Positions 35,701-49,009 of a stretch of 64,000 nt of DNA are shown in pieces. The stretch lies in assembly GCF_000150275.1 (NCBI RefSeq), contig NW_002060948.1, forward strand, positions 2,858,175 to 2,922,174. Reading direction: 5' to 3'. The notes beneath the pieces were generated by a model that was given only the letters and a program-made list of their open reading frames with translations, did no database searches and was not told the origin of the DNA. Position 1 is the first letter of the stretch, and every line of letters starts with the position of its first letter. This DNA is from Trichoplax adhaerens (lineage: Eukaryota; Animalia; Placozoa). The translations under genes were made by a program, and so were the position numbers.

Positions 35701-38700
35701 TAAAGAACAAACTATTGATTATATCTCGTCGAAGAATGAAGCTGTAAGTTGAAATTCAATGGTACTGTACTATCCCACTATGTTCTGTACTGCAGTATCT
35801 ATTACTTGATAGGACAAATTTTACATACTGTTGTCCAGGGTATATTAAAAGTTTCTAAATACCTCATAGGTTTAAGCAATATTAATATTCGGCTGCCATT
35901 TTTTTTAATTTTAATATTAAAGTTAAAATCGCAAGTGGATAATTTTATAATCGATTCGAAGATGCTCCAGGAATATTTTAAGCGTTCTACGGTAATGTAG
36001 GATAGGAGAATTAATTATTGAATTTAAGAATGATTATTACGATATTATATCTCTTACTACCAGTTTATTAGAGTTTCGCTGTTCTAATGAATCTTTTATT
36101 CTATAGGATCAAATTTTAGATGCACAATTCTCAATAGCAACACTTAAACAAGAACAGAGTAAACTAAATGAATTAGAACTATCAGAAGATATAAATTGGA
36201 TTAAAGTGAGTTCTTCTACAGCTTTTAATACGATATCTAAATTTTTTCCGTATGCAATCATGAATTTCAGCGTTAACTGCAGTTCCTGTAAATGACTACA
36301 TTGATCATACTCAAGAGTATATTTAATGCAACCTCCATAATATACTTCGAATTAGGAAAGCACAAATAACTTGCTACAGGGACAAATCATTTGGTGCGAG
36401 GCTATGGAAGTAGCTCTAACTGATGCAGGATTTGATGTCCATAATGGACATAATCCTTGCGAAGCAATTGCTGATCTAAGCAGCAAACTGCAGCAAGAAA
36501 GTAACCAAAGTAAATTCTTCAGAGATAGGTAAATAACCGCAAATATCTTACTCTGAGGAGATTAAAATGACGAAAATATTCAGTAAAGTGATGTACAATA
36601 CTGTAGCCATCTAATTTGTTATTTGAACCCTTGCAAATATTTAGATGCAAAACAGTTCAAGAAGAAAATGAAATAGCTATGCAAAGCGCTATTAACACCA
36701 CCAAACAGCAATGTCAGGAAGAACTGGAAACGTTGGTCGCCAAATTAAAAGAAGATCATAATAAAGAACTATCTGAATTGAAAGAGACATACGTTAAAGA
36801 AAGTCAGGAAAAATTGGAACAGCAATCACGATCTGATTTAGAAAAATATAATCAGTTAAATGTGGTAAGGTTTTATTTTGTTGAATAGGTGTAATATTGA
36901 TAGGGTATGTTGCATTACTACATCCTTATGATCTTGGTAGAATCTAAATATCGTACTGTGTATGATGATCTACTCGTATGTCGTATTTTAGGATTATCAA
37001 AAGGATTTAAATGACATGGAGTTAATAAAAGGACAGCTTGATTTAAAAAGTACTGAGATCAGCCAGTTAAATGACGAAAAGGTATTCTTAAAATATCCAG
37101 TTTGGATTAAGCACGGTGATATCCGTCTAATTCGTATATTATACAGGATTAGGCAATCGCCAGCTTTGAATGGAATCATTTTGTTATTTATGATTTATTT
37201 GAAATAATGCTATATCTGATAATCGTAAAGGTAAAATTGGAAGAGCAATTAGTTAGCAATCAAAACGAACATCAAAAAAATTTGGACCATGTTCAACAGG
37301 AACTTAATGAAGCTAAATTGAATTACGAAAACGATATTAGCAAGTATAGGGTGAGTAATTGCATTTGTGTAGTTATGAGGTCTGCGTAATTTTATAGTTT
37401 TCATTTAAAAATTTGTTACATACTTTAAGTAATGACATTCATCATTTTAGGAAGAAACTCGTCAACATGCATTGACTATTGTTGCAATGGAAGATAAGTT
37501 GATAACGGCAATTAATGAAAATGTCCAGCTCAAGGATCAAATTGTGGAATTAAAACAACAAAGTAAATAACTATAGACTTATCTAATCTGTATAATTATG
37601 ATTTATTATTGTAGTAATGTTTTATTATTAAAAGAAAAATGTAATTAGAAGGTTCCTTCTGATTAACATTAGATACTTTACGGCAAAACTGTATACGTTT
37701 GCGAGTCATCATCAGATGATTTAAGCCTAATATTCGTTTCTTTTTTTATTTCTATATTAGTAATTACTCAGAGAGAAGTACCGGTTATTCCTCGCTCTCC
37801 TAGCCCAACGATACCTCAAATACAGTCGGATATTGATAAATTGGAAGAACTAGTCACTATTTTGAGGTACAGATAGACTAAATAGAATGTCACCTGAGGT
37901 ATTCGATAGGAATCAAATAATAAATGACATCCGATGATTATTTTTAAAGAAATTCGCAAGCTTTAAGTATTTAATTTTGTTGCTTTATATAATCAGACGA
38001 GAATTATTAGAGGCGAAGAAAGAAATTCAAGTTCGTGATGACATGATATCGACATTAAATAAAGATTTAGCCGGAGCATCTGCTAAATTAACCGATATGA
38101 CCGGCGAATTGAATGAGCAACAGAAGCTAGAACTACAACATCATAGGCAACGTCTTACTGAGGTTAATAATGAGTTACAACAACAAAAGGATCAAATACT
38201 GAAGGTAATGACAGCTTGAATAATTAAAAGGATTTCCGGATTGCAATTGCAAACACTGTATATCTAGAAATATTGGGTGGTAGCATTTTGATATTAGAAT
38301 TGCTAAATTTAATTCTAAGCCTTAAAAATGTACTTTTCTTGATGTCAACGATACAAAGATGTCGGAATTAGTTGACCGGCAGCAAAAGGAAATGGAAAAG
38401 GACAAGGCTGATTTAAAGCGTTGCTATAAGGTTATTAATCAACTCAAGAATCGTACTAGTAGCATCAAAGAGGAAACAATAGCGAATAATGACCAACATT
38501 CATCAGAAAAGGAGCACTTAGAGAAGCAGCTTCAAGAGTATATGAAGAAGGCGAGGACTAACTTGATTAGTAGTGTTTTACTTAATATCTTAGTTTTGCA
38601 TCATTACCATTAATTATCGTCGATAAGTTCATTCTGCCTTATCTAAACTTTATTTATTATGCTGGAAAATATTGTCAGCTATCAGATTCTGATGAATTTG

Positions 38701-41338
38701 TTAAACTTGGAATGAAATGTCAAGAAGAAGGCCACAAGGATGTCATTGCTAAGCAGACAGAATCGCTAAGTTATATGCGACAAAAATTAAATTTGGTAGA
38801 GGAGGATTTGCCTTATCGTAAGTTTTAATGTCATTTTGTTACTACTTAACAATATTTGAAATCTTCGATCCGATATTTTGCTATAGTAAGTGAAACACGG
38901 AGTTAAAATTATTTCAGTAGATAGTTTTACTGATTGAATTTTGCTCTAAATATTCGTATTTCTAATAATTGCCAAGTCTTGGACGTAGTATTTGATTTTT
39001 ATAGCCTAATTTTATTACCCTATATTGTGGTTTCATATCATTCATCATTTCTTGATACATCTTATTTTTACTACTGAGTAGTAAGTATCGTCTTAATAGC
39101 ACTAATTTTATCTTCGTTCTTATTCAAGGGTCAGATAGGGAAGAAGCAATGTTTCAATTATCACAAATGAAGAAAGAACTTAGTAATATTAAGGCATTCC
39201 AAAAATCAACATCGACGATGAATAAGTTAGTTTCAAAAGCAAATGCATCAGGAACTGATAAAGGCAAGAAGAAGCAGAATAATTCCAACATGCGTGGTCG
39301 AGGCGGTTCTAATAAAGGAGATCCGTTGGCAGCCAGTACTATAGAGTCGTTGGAATTAAGCGAGAAATCGGTTAGTTTACTATCGACTCAATATTATAAG
39401 AAAGTTATTTTTTATTAACAAAATGCAACTTTTAAATAACTGTAAGAAATTATTGAATAGCCTTCGCGAAAACTTATTAAAACTAATGCCCATTTTGAGA
39501 ATTTTATACACTAATGATTCACGTTTAACGTTTTAATTTTATAGTACTTCTCACTATTGAGGGCAATACAAATGGTCTTGCGAGTAAATGATGTTCCAGG
39601 CACAGCTTCTTTTACTTCTGTAACACTGGATGAAAAGTCACAGTTATTGAATGAGCGCCATGAGGTAAAATATAAAATTTAATTAAACTTTAGATAAATT
39701 CACATAATTGGCATCTGTACATTAGCTTTTTGTTCCAGCTTATGAATTAGTATCAAAGTCTACAATATGTAGTATAGCATCTGTAATTCGTAGATGATTT
39801 TAAAATAAATCACGGAATTCCTGTTTGAAATATGGCAAGATGACAATGATCCTGTTATACTTTATAGGCTGCAGAAATGCTATCGAGTCAAATTCGTGTT
39901 TTACAAAAGAAGATAGAAAATAAAGACAAATTACTGGCAGGTTATGAAGACGACTTACAAAAATTACGGTACGTTTAAATTATTAGGTAATCACTAAATT
40001 TCTTAGTTTTCATATTGATTAATATAACTTTGTTATTTTAATTGTTTAGAAACTATGAAGAGACTAATGAAAGAAGAACAGCGGATATAAAACTATTAGA
40101 GGTAATTTCAGTTTCATTTATTAGCCATCCGGTGATAATCTTAGTTATTTCCATTACTTGTAGAACATTAGGATACAATGAGATACTATCATTTATTTTA
40201 AATTAGTTTTTCTTTAACATGGCTAAATTTNNNNNNNNNNNNNNNNNNNNNNNNNNNNNNNNNNNNNNNNNNNNNNNNNNTGATTAGATTTTTACATTGA
40301 TATTATATATTTATTTAAATAGTGTTCTAATAAGACTATACCGTTCGTTTTAATTGTGTCGGAACTGCTTGCAATGTCGTACTTAAAATCAATGCAAATA
40401 CCAACGTGATTGACTAATTGTAACTGCTTTATATGTATATTATGTGATAATGCCGATTTTAGTAGTGTATAGAATGATTATAAAAATAAACACTATATAC
40501 TACATCTCCTTTTTTATGTTAGATTGTATAGATAGAATTTGAAGATTAAATGATGTAATGTAGCTATTATTTATACTTTAATGTTACAGGCATTTTATTC
40601 GGAACGTAAAGTAGCAGATTATGCTAAACCTAAACAGCCTAAGATTCCAGATGAAATAACGGATTTTAAAGTTAGAATTAATGCTTAGCAAGAATAGTAG
40701 CTAGAACTCTAATATAAAGCGTGATCTAAACTACAGTTAGTGCTGCCTCTAATAAATTATAAACTAAATCACATTTTCAACTTCCTTTGAATAGGCAAAA
40801 ACAAAAAAAAAGGTTAAGGATCGGAAATTAAAGAGAAAAGACTACGAAATTACAACACTAAAAAAGGTAATTAGTGCTACCAATTATAGTAATATAACGT
40901 CCAAATTATTTTATGTAATTATTGGATCTTTATAAAAAATTCTATACTAGAATTAAAGTTCTTGTAATATACATTTGTGCTTAGGAACTCAAGGATGCAG
41001 ATAAGCGTTTAAATGAAACGGCAGCTAAATTACTAGTGATGGAACGAGAGGTATATATGTAGAATAATGTTGAAAGTGATCGTTTTATACTCACAGGCCA
41101 TAATAAATCATTGCTTAAAACTATTAGCGTCGTAGATCTGAGAGTGTAAAGACAACTGATAGTTTACAACTAATACTATTTTACGATAGCGGTTGAATTA
41201 AAAATTATTGATACCCAAAATATGGTACTGAGGATTTACTGTACTGATTGTTGGCTTACTTTAAATTTTCTTTAGGATAAATTTACTCAAAATTCCATAA
41301 ATGCTAATTCGGAACAGAGTGAACACTCTGATTATTAA
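32712..41338 (+). CDS. FHAD1: Forkhead-associated domain-containing coiled-coil protein 1, many exons, spans the assembly gap
   Basis: N-terminus MKGYLKSSDGLFLLDPRFTTIGRDNCDLLLQ|SPNLERRHAIIEY..LRDLNTANGTYVN..LAPGDILRF (FHA domain). Long coiled-coil exons include DLAGASAKLTDMTGEL and LGMKCQEEGHKDVIAKQ. Probable last exon 41276-41338. Confidence 0.88.
40231..40280. other. Assembly gap (50 N)
   Basis: Run of N inside FHAD1; one or more exons may be missing. Confidence 1.
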
Positions 41339-41799
41339 TGTAGCGCAAGCATCGTATATGTACCGTGCGCTTGATGTTTAAAATCTTTGACTCAAAAGAA
41401 TACTGGATTGATCCTTAATATCTTGTATGTAGTTCTACTTAATTATCCTATTATGACACAATTTTGCTCATTTTAATAGTAAATTCAAATCTATTGTATA
41501 TAGAATGCGATTTTTGAGAAATTGCTGACAAGCAAGGTTATCAATTCACTTGTATAGCTTGATATGACCTGTCTAATTTACTATAAATTCGGACATTATA
41601 TTAGCACTTTATAATGTCATCCATAAATTTTTATTATTCGCAGTTGTCTCTATTCTGGCACAATTTGTTTTAAATCTATGCGTAAAAGAATCAATTAACT
41701 GTACTAGATTACTATGTTTCACTTAATTACATGTTATTTTATATAATTAGTAATATAAAGAATTTTTATTCCATTGTAAAATTACAATTGACATGAGTT

Positions 41800-42140
41800 A
41801 CAAATGCAAATCAATACATTAAACAGAACTACAAGGTTAACATTATATAGTGTACAATATAGTATATTGGTTAGGTGTAATGGTATAGCTAATGTTTAAG
41901 TTTATTCTAGTACATAATGAACAACAATTTTAATTTTTGGTTTATGACTACGTAATCTAGAAATAAAATGAATGGAACAAACAAGCAATGTACACTAAAC
42001 AAAACTACAAGCTTAACACTATTAGATGTGTAATAGTTAGGTGTAATGGCATGGCTGATATTGAAGTCTATGCTAGTACATAACAAGCACCACAGCGCCA
42101 GTTTCGCTTTTTGGCTAACAACATCTTAATCTAGCAAAAA
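41800..42140. repeat. Diverged ~177-bp tandem duplication between the convergent FHAD1 and FBXO31 3' ends
   Basis: aaacaRaactacaagSttaaca...gttaggtgtaatggYatRgct...ctagtacataa...taatctag occurs twice. Confidence 0.8.
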
Positions 42141-42670
42141 AATCCGAATACATTTCAATTAACTATTAATTAATAACATAATCATTGCAGTTTGTGTTCA
42201 ACAGTTAATACGTGCTTAATTGATGATTACAGTATAAGATAAAGTACATTTAAATATACGATCTATGATTGATCAAGATCTTACTTGTATTTTTAATTCT
42301 GAAGTACAAGAGGTAGGTGTCTATCTTAATAGTGTAGCAGTCGTTAAGCAATAGAAAAATATCAAACCACATCTGATATTTACGGTGTTGCATTGTATAT
42401 TACCTTGTTCAAGATTTATACACTACGATGGGTATAATTAGTCAATAGACAATTTATGGAAGAGTCAATTTGTCTCCTTTGATAATAACGCATATATTAG
42501 AATAAGTATTACTGTAGATATTACAGTATGAATTATTTCATTGGACGCAAAAAGCAATTACTCAGCAGATCCAGATATAAAATAGACTATAGAATGGCCA
42601 TACATTTATGATTTAACGTGCAAATACAGCAAAATTTGTATCAATGTTAAGTATAAATATGTAGAATGTT

Positions 42671-43918
42671 TTAATTCTTCCATGAGATTCCAGCTTGGCC
42701 TAAAAATAAATCTTGATCACTCAAAGCTCTAAATAGAATAAATGACTTTAATCTTTCCATCCATAAGAAACCAAAGGTATCTTTATCGAAAACTACTAAG
42801 CGACCTGGTATAAATTTGGCATCTTTATAGCCATGATAAGCTATCTGGCCTTCCCCTTCAAATTCACCATAATAATGAGAGGGTATACCATGTGAACGAT
42901 GAGTATAATCTTCAGGTAGTGAGAAAGGGAAAATTTTTCCACCGTCTTTTAACACATAAGGTCGGTCCATTGATTCGCTCGTGACGGGCTTATCAAGAAA
43001 TGCCTTAATACTAACTTTTCCAGCAGGTACATTAGGATCACCAGATAGTTTCTGACCAATTAATTCATTCTTGTCGATATAGACATGCAATGTCTCAACA
43101 CCGTGTGCTCCGTAAGAGCCAGAATAGATGCCGCAACGCAATGGAAAATTTTCACTAATAGATCGCTGTGATAGGCTGACGAGGCGTTTATAAGAGGTTA
43201 ATTGCCAAGTAAATAAGTTAGCATATAATTTTTTTTCTAATAAAGTACGCGTTACAATGTCTTCGTCATCATAATAAGGATTCTCTTCTAAAAACCACTG
43301 CTTATATGTATCACTATTTGAGAATGAATTGATAGCAATTATAGATAATGCTACATCATCCCTATCTAAACACTTCAATTGAAATTCCAAGACAAGTTGT
43401 TCTTCATCTCTTTTAGAGATGATAATGTTACCCATACATTCATGGCCCAAAAATGAAAATGATAAAATTTTAGTAGATATCCTATTATCATCATAGCAAG
43501 GGATAATTTTAAATAGACAACGATGTAGAATATTAAATTCACCCGAATTTTCTAACAAACGTTCATTTCGTCGTAGTACATATTCATTACAAATAATAGC
43601 ACCATTATCAATTTTAATACAGACCAAACCACCATAAGGATCAACAACACGATACCATAAGCCTAATAAGGGGCCATAACGATATAATATTTTTTGATAA
43701 AATTCTTTAAAAGTGTGGATATCTTGCCATGACTCAATCTCACGGATGTTGTATTGATTTTTACAATGTTGTTGCCAAATCCAATCACTTTGAGTAGCAT
43801 GATAAAAATTTCTACAAACTAAAGATACGGCAAGATAATCTTTTATAGGTATAAACTGAAAAATATGAAGAATTAGTTCTGTAGGGAGATGTTCAATGGA
43901 TGTGGATGCAGTCGCCAT
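42671..43918 (-). CDS. FBXO31: F-box only protein 31, single coding exon
   Basis: 415-aa ORF with F-box LPTELILHIFQFI and FBXO31-type motifs LLGLW..DPYGGL, GIYSGSYGAHGVE, KLSGDPNVPAG, GEGQIAYHG and FDKDTFGFLWME. Confidence 0.92.
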   Translation of the reverse strand: MATASTSIEHLPTELILHIFQFIPIKDYLAVSLVCRNFYHATQSDWIWQQHCKNQYNIREIESWQDIHTFKEFYQKILYRYGPLLGLWYRVVDPYGGLVCIKIDNGAIICNEYVLRRNERLLENSGEFNILHRCLFKIIPCYDDNRISTKILSFSFLGHECMGNIIISKRDEEQLVLEFQLKCLDRDDVALSIIAINSFSNSDTYKQWFLEENPYYDDEDIVTRTLLEKKLYANLFTWQLTSYKRLVSLSQRSISENFPLRCGIYSGSYGAHGVETLHVYIDKNELIGQKLSGDPNVPAGKVSIKAFLDKPVTSESMDRPYVLKDGGKIFPFSLPEDYTHRSHGIPSHYYGEFEGEGQIAYHGYKDAKFIPGRLVVFDKDTFGFLWMERLKSFILFRALSDQDLFLGQAGISWKN

Positions 43919-44514
43919 GACACCTAATAGAGTACAAAGTAGGGCAATACTAGTGGAGGAATACTTTTACTACGAGTAGTCAAGGCGTAGAATCAATTTG
44001 TATTTGTAAACTAGTAACATCAACCAGGCTTGTTATCTAATTGAACTCTTTCTTCTGTCCATCAGTATTACAACTGTAAATTCAGTTGGATTAAAGTACA
44101 ATTTGATTTGTCGCTGGAACTGATTTTCAATTTCTATTTTCTCAATGTTTTAAGGATTTGAGCCGACTTACTTTAGCCTATAAACGAATAGAAATCAAGT
44201 TAAGCTATGAAAGGGAAGACTGCAATCCAAGTCGATGATAACGTTGCGATAGCAATCAACCGACTACAAATGCACGCAGTGATGAGTACACGCATACTCT
44301 TGCTAATAAATTGCATCGACAATCATATACCTTGAATTTCTTGTGTATGCTACTTCTAAATGGCTGTCCAATATGCAATCAAGAAGCAAAAGATGGCCTT
44401 GCAATAGAGCGAAGAAGAATTCATATGTCGTTGCAAGCCAAGTTCACCATACTGTACATGGCAATCATATCTCAATTTACTATGATCGATTTCTACGGTC
44501 TCAGATCTCTGCTT

Positions 44515-44735
44515 TGCTTGTACAGTACAGTACTGTACTGTACTGTACATACAGTGCTGTACAAAGTGTCTCAGATGTCTTTCCTAGTACGTACTGTACA
44601 GTACAGTATTGTACTTCGAACTACAGTACTACAGTACTGTAAAGTCAATACCGTTGCTGTTACCGTTACAGTGCAGTATTACTGTACTGTACACTGTAGC
44701 CTTCAATGTGATACAGTATATGTACAGTATATCCT
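44515..44735. repeat. TACAG/CTGTA pentamer array containing a 24-bp perfect palindrome, upstream of FBXO31
   Basis: gtacagtacagtactgtactgtac (44520-44543) is self-complementary, and many further pentamer copies occur in both orientations. Confidence 0.85.
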
Positions 44736-45949
44736 GTGCGGTTATAAACTGTTATATCGCTCTTCTTGGCCACTTATAATAACACTACAGTAATATTTAC
44801 AGTATAATAAAGTTCACTTCAGCACTCAAGCTCTAGTTAACTCTTTTAATTACATTACAAATTTTACTGAAAGAATTTGTAATAAGAACCAAAATATTTT
44901 TTAAATTTTGAACAGTCCAGATGATACTAACTTAATGCTCTGGCCAACTAGTGCATCCGTTAAGCAACAAATGCTGGTATGACGTATTCGTGTCAATCAT
45001 TGTACGCGTACTTGTGTATGATGGTAGGGTAGCACTAGTACCATTTGCAGCCAGGTTTACGAGGGACACTTGTATGTAGTCCTACTATCGTCTGTCACAT
45101 TTGTCCGCTTCGTTACAGATTGTTTAGAATTAATTAATTTCCATGCCTTTTATTACACAAGATAACGCCATAGTTCAATGTATCTAGAGAATTAAATTCA
45201 CGGCTTTACATTATTTACTAGTCGAGATCAAAGATAATAATAATACTATTTCTGAATAAGATATATAATGCATCAATCCTGTTTATAAAAATTAATTTAA
45301 GTTCTATTTATACTGTATATGTAACCATTCTTATTACAGCTTGTGAGAGAAATTCTTTACTTAGTCAATATTAAAATATTTATATAGCAGTACAGTATTG
45401 TAGCACGTAAACCGTGACTGCAGCACTTTCAAAATTTTTTGTTGCATTCAATGCAGTAATTAATAATAATTGCTAGAGGGAAGTACAGATACGAATAGTC
45501 AAAGCGGTATCAAAATTTGATATTTTCAGCATGACAACGTTTCAAGATGCTAGTAACCATGGCGAATGAACATTCTAATTCTGACAAGGTAACATGTTCG
45601 TTATATCAGAGACTACTCCAAAAAGAATTTTCTCTTTCGACAATTCTATGGTTATATTTTGTAATACAATAACAGTTCAATTAGCTTTATCAAATGATCA
45701 TGTCCAGATAGCACCTATTTCAAAATATATTATGGCAACAATTATAGGCACATGTACAGTATATATAAAATAGCTTCAACCAATAATGCACAATGCAGGT
45801 CCAGTCTATACCAAAGGCAATAATATTTGTATAGTACTGTTTACGTTATCTTAGGAAAAATAGTTCAGCGAGCAAGATAATCCATTACAATTGATTTCTA
45901 TCCTTTTAAAACAACCTCTGCTAATGAGAGTCTTTTCATTTCCAACTAA

Positions 45950-48434
45950 CTAGGCCTCAGGTGCTATATTGGAATCTTGGATAAGCTGTTCAGATTCTAT
46001 AATACTTGAGTAAGGTGGGGGAGAGCTAAAAGAGCCACTACAATTTCTACCTTCATTAACATTATCCGTAGGATGCAAGCTGATATCGGCGGTTGTAGTA
46101 CCATTGGGTTCTTCCTCCATTGTTCCAATAACCACTTGAAACGAAGCTGTCAAATTTTCACCTCGGGGTACAATTACAAGGAACTAATGTACAAAGCAGA
46201 TCGAAATTATAACAAGTGATAATATTGTAAGCACAATTCCACTATTACCCAATGATCAATATTTAATAATAGGTTACAAAGAAACTAGCAAAAATTACGT
46301 AGACCAAGCCAGTAAATTGAAACTTACATTCAGAGCGAATGTAATTTCCATTAGATTGCAATTAAGGATAGTTGATGCAATATTCGCAGGCACTATAAAG
46401 GGCTTGTTCTCCAAATTTATGGTGTCCCCTGGTTTCACCTCTCCGTAAGACATCCTGGCAATTTCTGTCGATTTCAGGGCTGATCTGTCTACGTGAACGT
46501 AAAAACTCTGATTACTAATTTCGGCATGCAAAGATACGGATTAACCTGCTATCTTGACGATAGCGAATAGTTATAATCATGAAGAAATATCAATCCCCGG
46601 GAGGTGTTCAAAGTGGTGCCAAAAATATTCAAGATTTAATTTATACTGTCTGTACAATGTTCAAAACAGGTATACCTTGAGCTTTATAGTTCTCAATGCG
46701 CATTAGATGAACAGTTACATCTGGAACTTTTCGCTTGGAATAGTTTTGAACTTCACCAAGAATGAGGCATGGCTGCAACGGCAGATATGCTACTTTTTCA
46801 ATAACTGCTAATAACTTGATAGATCCTGATCCACAGCAACAGCGCCGTACTCGGGTTTCTTGTTCTACAGGATTAGGTAAATGCTAAATATAGAAATATT
46901 GAAGGTTATTTGTTTGCTTTCTTCATTTTACCTTATCGTTTGATTATATCTAATACTTTCCTACTACATATTCGGAAATAACTGCATAATGATAAATTAT
47001 AACTATTCTAATCATTCTTTTACATAAACTAAAATCGATATTTCAGTTTCCATAACCATAAGCGAGAGTATAACTTAGCAGTAGCGGTATCGTATCAGTT
47101 TGTGGTCAACTCGCTGAATGAAGAATAACTATATACATACGCGCACTACGAATAATAACTAATGCTACTCTATAACTTGGTTATAGGCCTGAATTTTTTT
47201 AAAAATCATCATTTTGTCGCACTTTGAAACAACGGCTACACGATGCCTTACCGAGTAACATGGATCGTTGATATTGATAACATTTCTAATGGTGAACGGT
47301 TTCAGTTTTTTATCAGAATTTCCTTTCGGATAATTAAAGATAGTTTCAATGCCATAAGCAACGTGGATATGCTTCGGTTGCTCTGCATCCTGATAAGTCG
47401 ATGGTAAATTTCTTGGTAGGACGAAAGAGAAAGGAAATCTATGCTCCCCTTGAGGTATACCCGAGGTACCTCCTTGTTCTACATGTAAAATATGGCATTA
47501 GTTTTCAAGTGTTTTCCTTCTTACCATTAATTATTAGTGGCGAAGTGACGTACTTCAATAACACTTACTATATTGCTGTACTAACAGTTAAATTAATCAA
47601 ATTTAGAAGTATATTTTCGCAGCAGTCTATAATCATGGAAATAATTCACATCAGGTGTACACTGCACTGTAGTATTACGATTTATCTTGTGACTGATCGA
47701 AATTGTTCCTTATCCACTACTGTAACTGTATTACCACGAAATTTTTAACTTCTTTCCTAAGTCAGGTCGCCAATTATAGCGAACATAATGATAATCATCT
47801 CCACTACAGTATATGTAGATGTGATTCTAGGGTTTAATTTCATTTTCGGTAATACGTCGATGCCCAATAATATTGTATACTAAGCAGTGTATAGGGTAGA
47901 AGATGATTACCAACGTGATATATTCTAACGTTACTGTACAATAGCATAATAGAATGACGACATAACTTACTGTATTTGTGAATCTACAATACAGTAATGT
48001 ACATTCATTCGATAAGAACGAACATACAAGTATATACTGTCAACAATTTTTAGATTGTTCGGGTATGACTGCCGCCTGAGCTTATAGCGCACTAACATCT
48101 TCGATCAAAATGGTTAAAAATTATAATTACAGAGGAAGCGTACATCAATGAATTCGATCGATATCATGGCGAAGCACACGTATTTACCTACGCCAACAAG
48201 TACTATCTTCTGTTCAAAGATAACATAACAGTCGCGAAATGTCGACTGACGGCCAGATACATCTTTGGCTTTTATTTTAGTAGCTGCAATGCCAGATACT
48301 TTTAAGGTAATATTTTGGACTAATACGTTGCTTGTTGCTCGAAATGATACGTTTCCCGAAATTTGATCATTAGGATAGTAGTATTCCTTTTCATCGGTGA
48401 CCAGAACCTCTAGATTTTTAATCTTTTTAGGCAT
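45950..48434 (-). CDS. Alpha-arrestin (ARRDC family) paralog A, 5 exons
   Basis: Exons 48434-48188, 47478-47252, 46883-46676, 46488-46328, 46183-45950. Motifs YYPNDQISGNV, GEHRFPFSFVLPRNLPST, STILNCNLMEITFAL, VVIGT and a C-terminal PPPY. Confidence 0.92.
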
Positions 48435-48843
48435 GATTCAAATTGAATAGACCGTGAATCCGTTGGGCCTACTGGACCAAAGAGGTAGTAGCAGGGATTA
48501 CAGTAAGTCAATTCTTCAATTGCTTTACGTTCAAAAAGAGAGTGTAGGTGATGATATACGGAGTTTCAAATTGATCTAAAAGAACGACAGAATATGTTGC
48601 CAGCCACGAAAATGCAATGTCTACTTGCGAGCATGATCCAATGCTCGAAGGGAAAGCGGATTACTTAAAATTACACTTTAGTCGCCCGTCGCCTTGTCTA
48701 AAATAAGAAACATTTTGATATACAATACTGTGCTGTATTCATACAGTACAGTACAGTACAGTCTTTTCTTTCAGCAGTCTTGGTACTGTAAAGTCAGTAC
48801 TGTACTGCATACCGTACTCTACCGTATCTTGCAGTAATTACTG

Positions 48844-49009
48844 TAGAATCTCAGCTTGTGCTTTACTTCGCTATGAGGTAATGATCGAAAAAAAGTAAAG
48901 TAATCAAGTGGAAACAGTATCTTGTGGTAATTAGAATCTCAGCTTGTACTTTACTTCGCTATGAGGTAATGATTGGAAAAAAGTAAAGTAATCAAGTGGA
49001 AACAGTATC
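48844..49009. repeat. 78-bp direct repeat (period 88) upstream of arrestin A
   Basis: tagaatctcagcttgtRctttacttcgctatgaggtaatgat...aatcaagtggaaacagtatc at 48844 and 48932. Confidence 0.93.

Noticed and set aside
44311-44793. 160-aa ORF and overlapping ORFs upstream of FBXO31
   Set aside because: These are by-products of the stop-poor TACAG pentamer array (YSTVL-type repeats) with no protein family signal.
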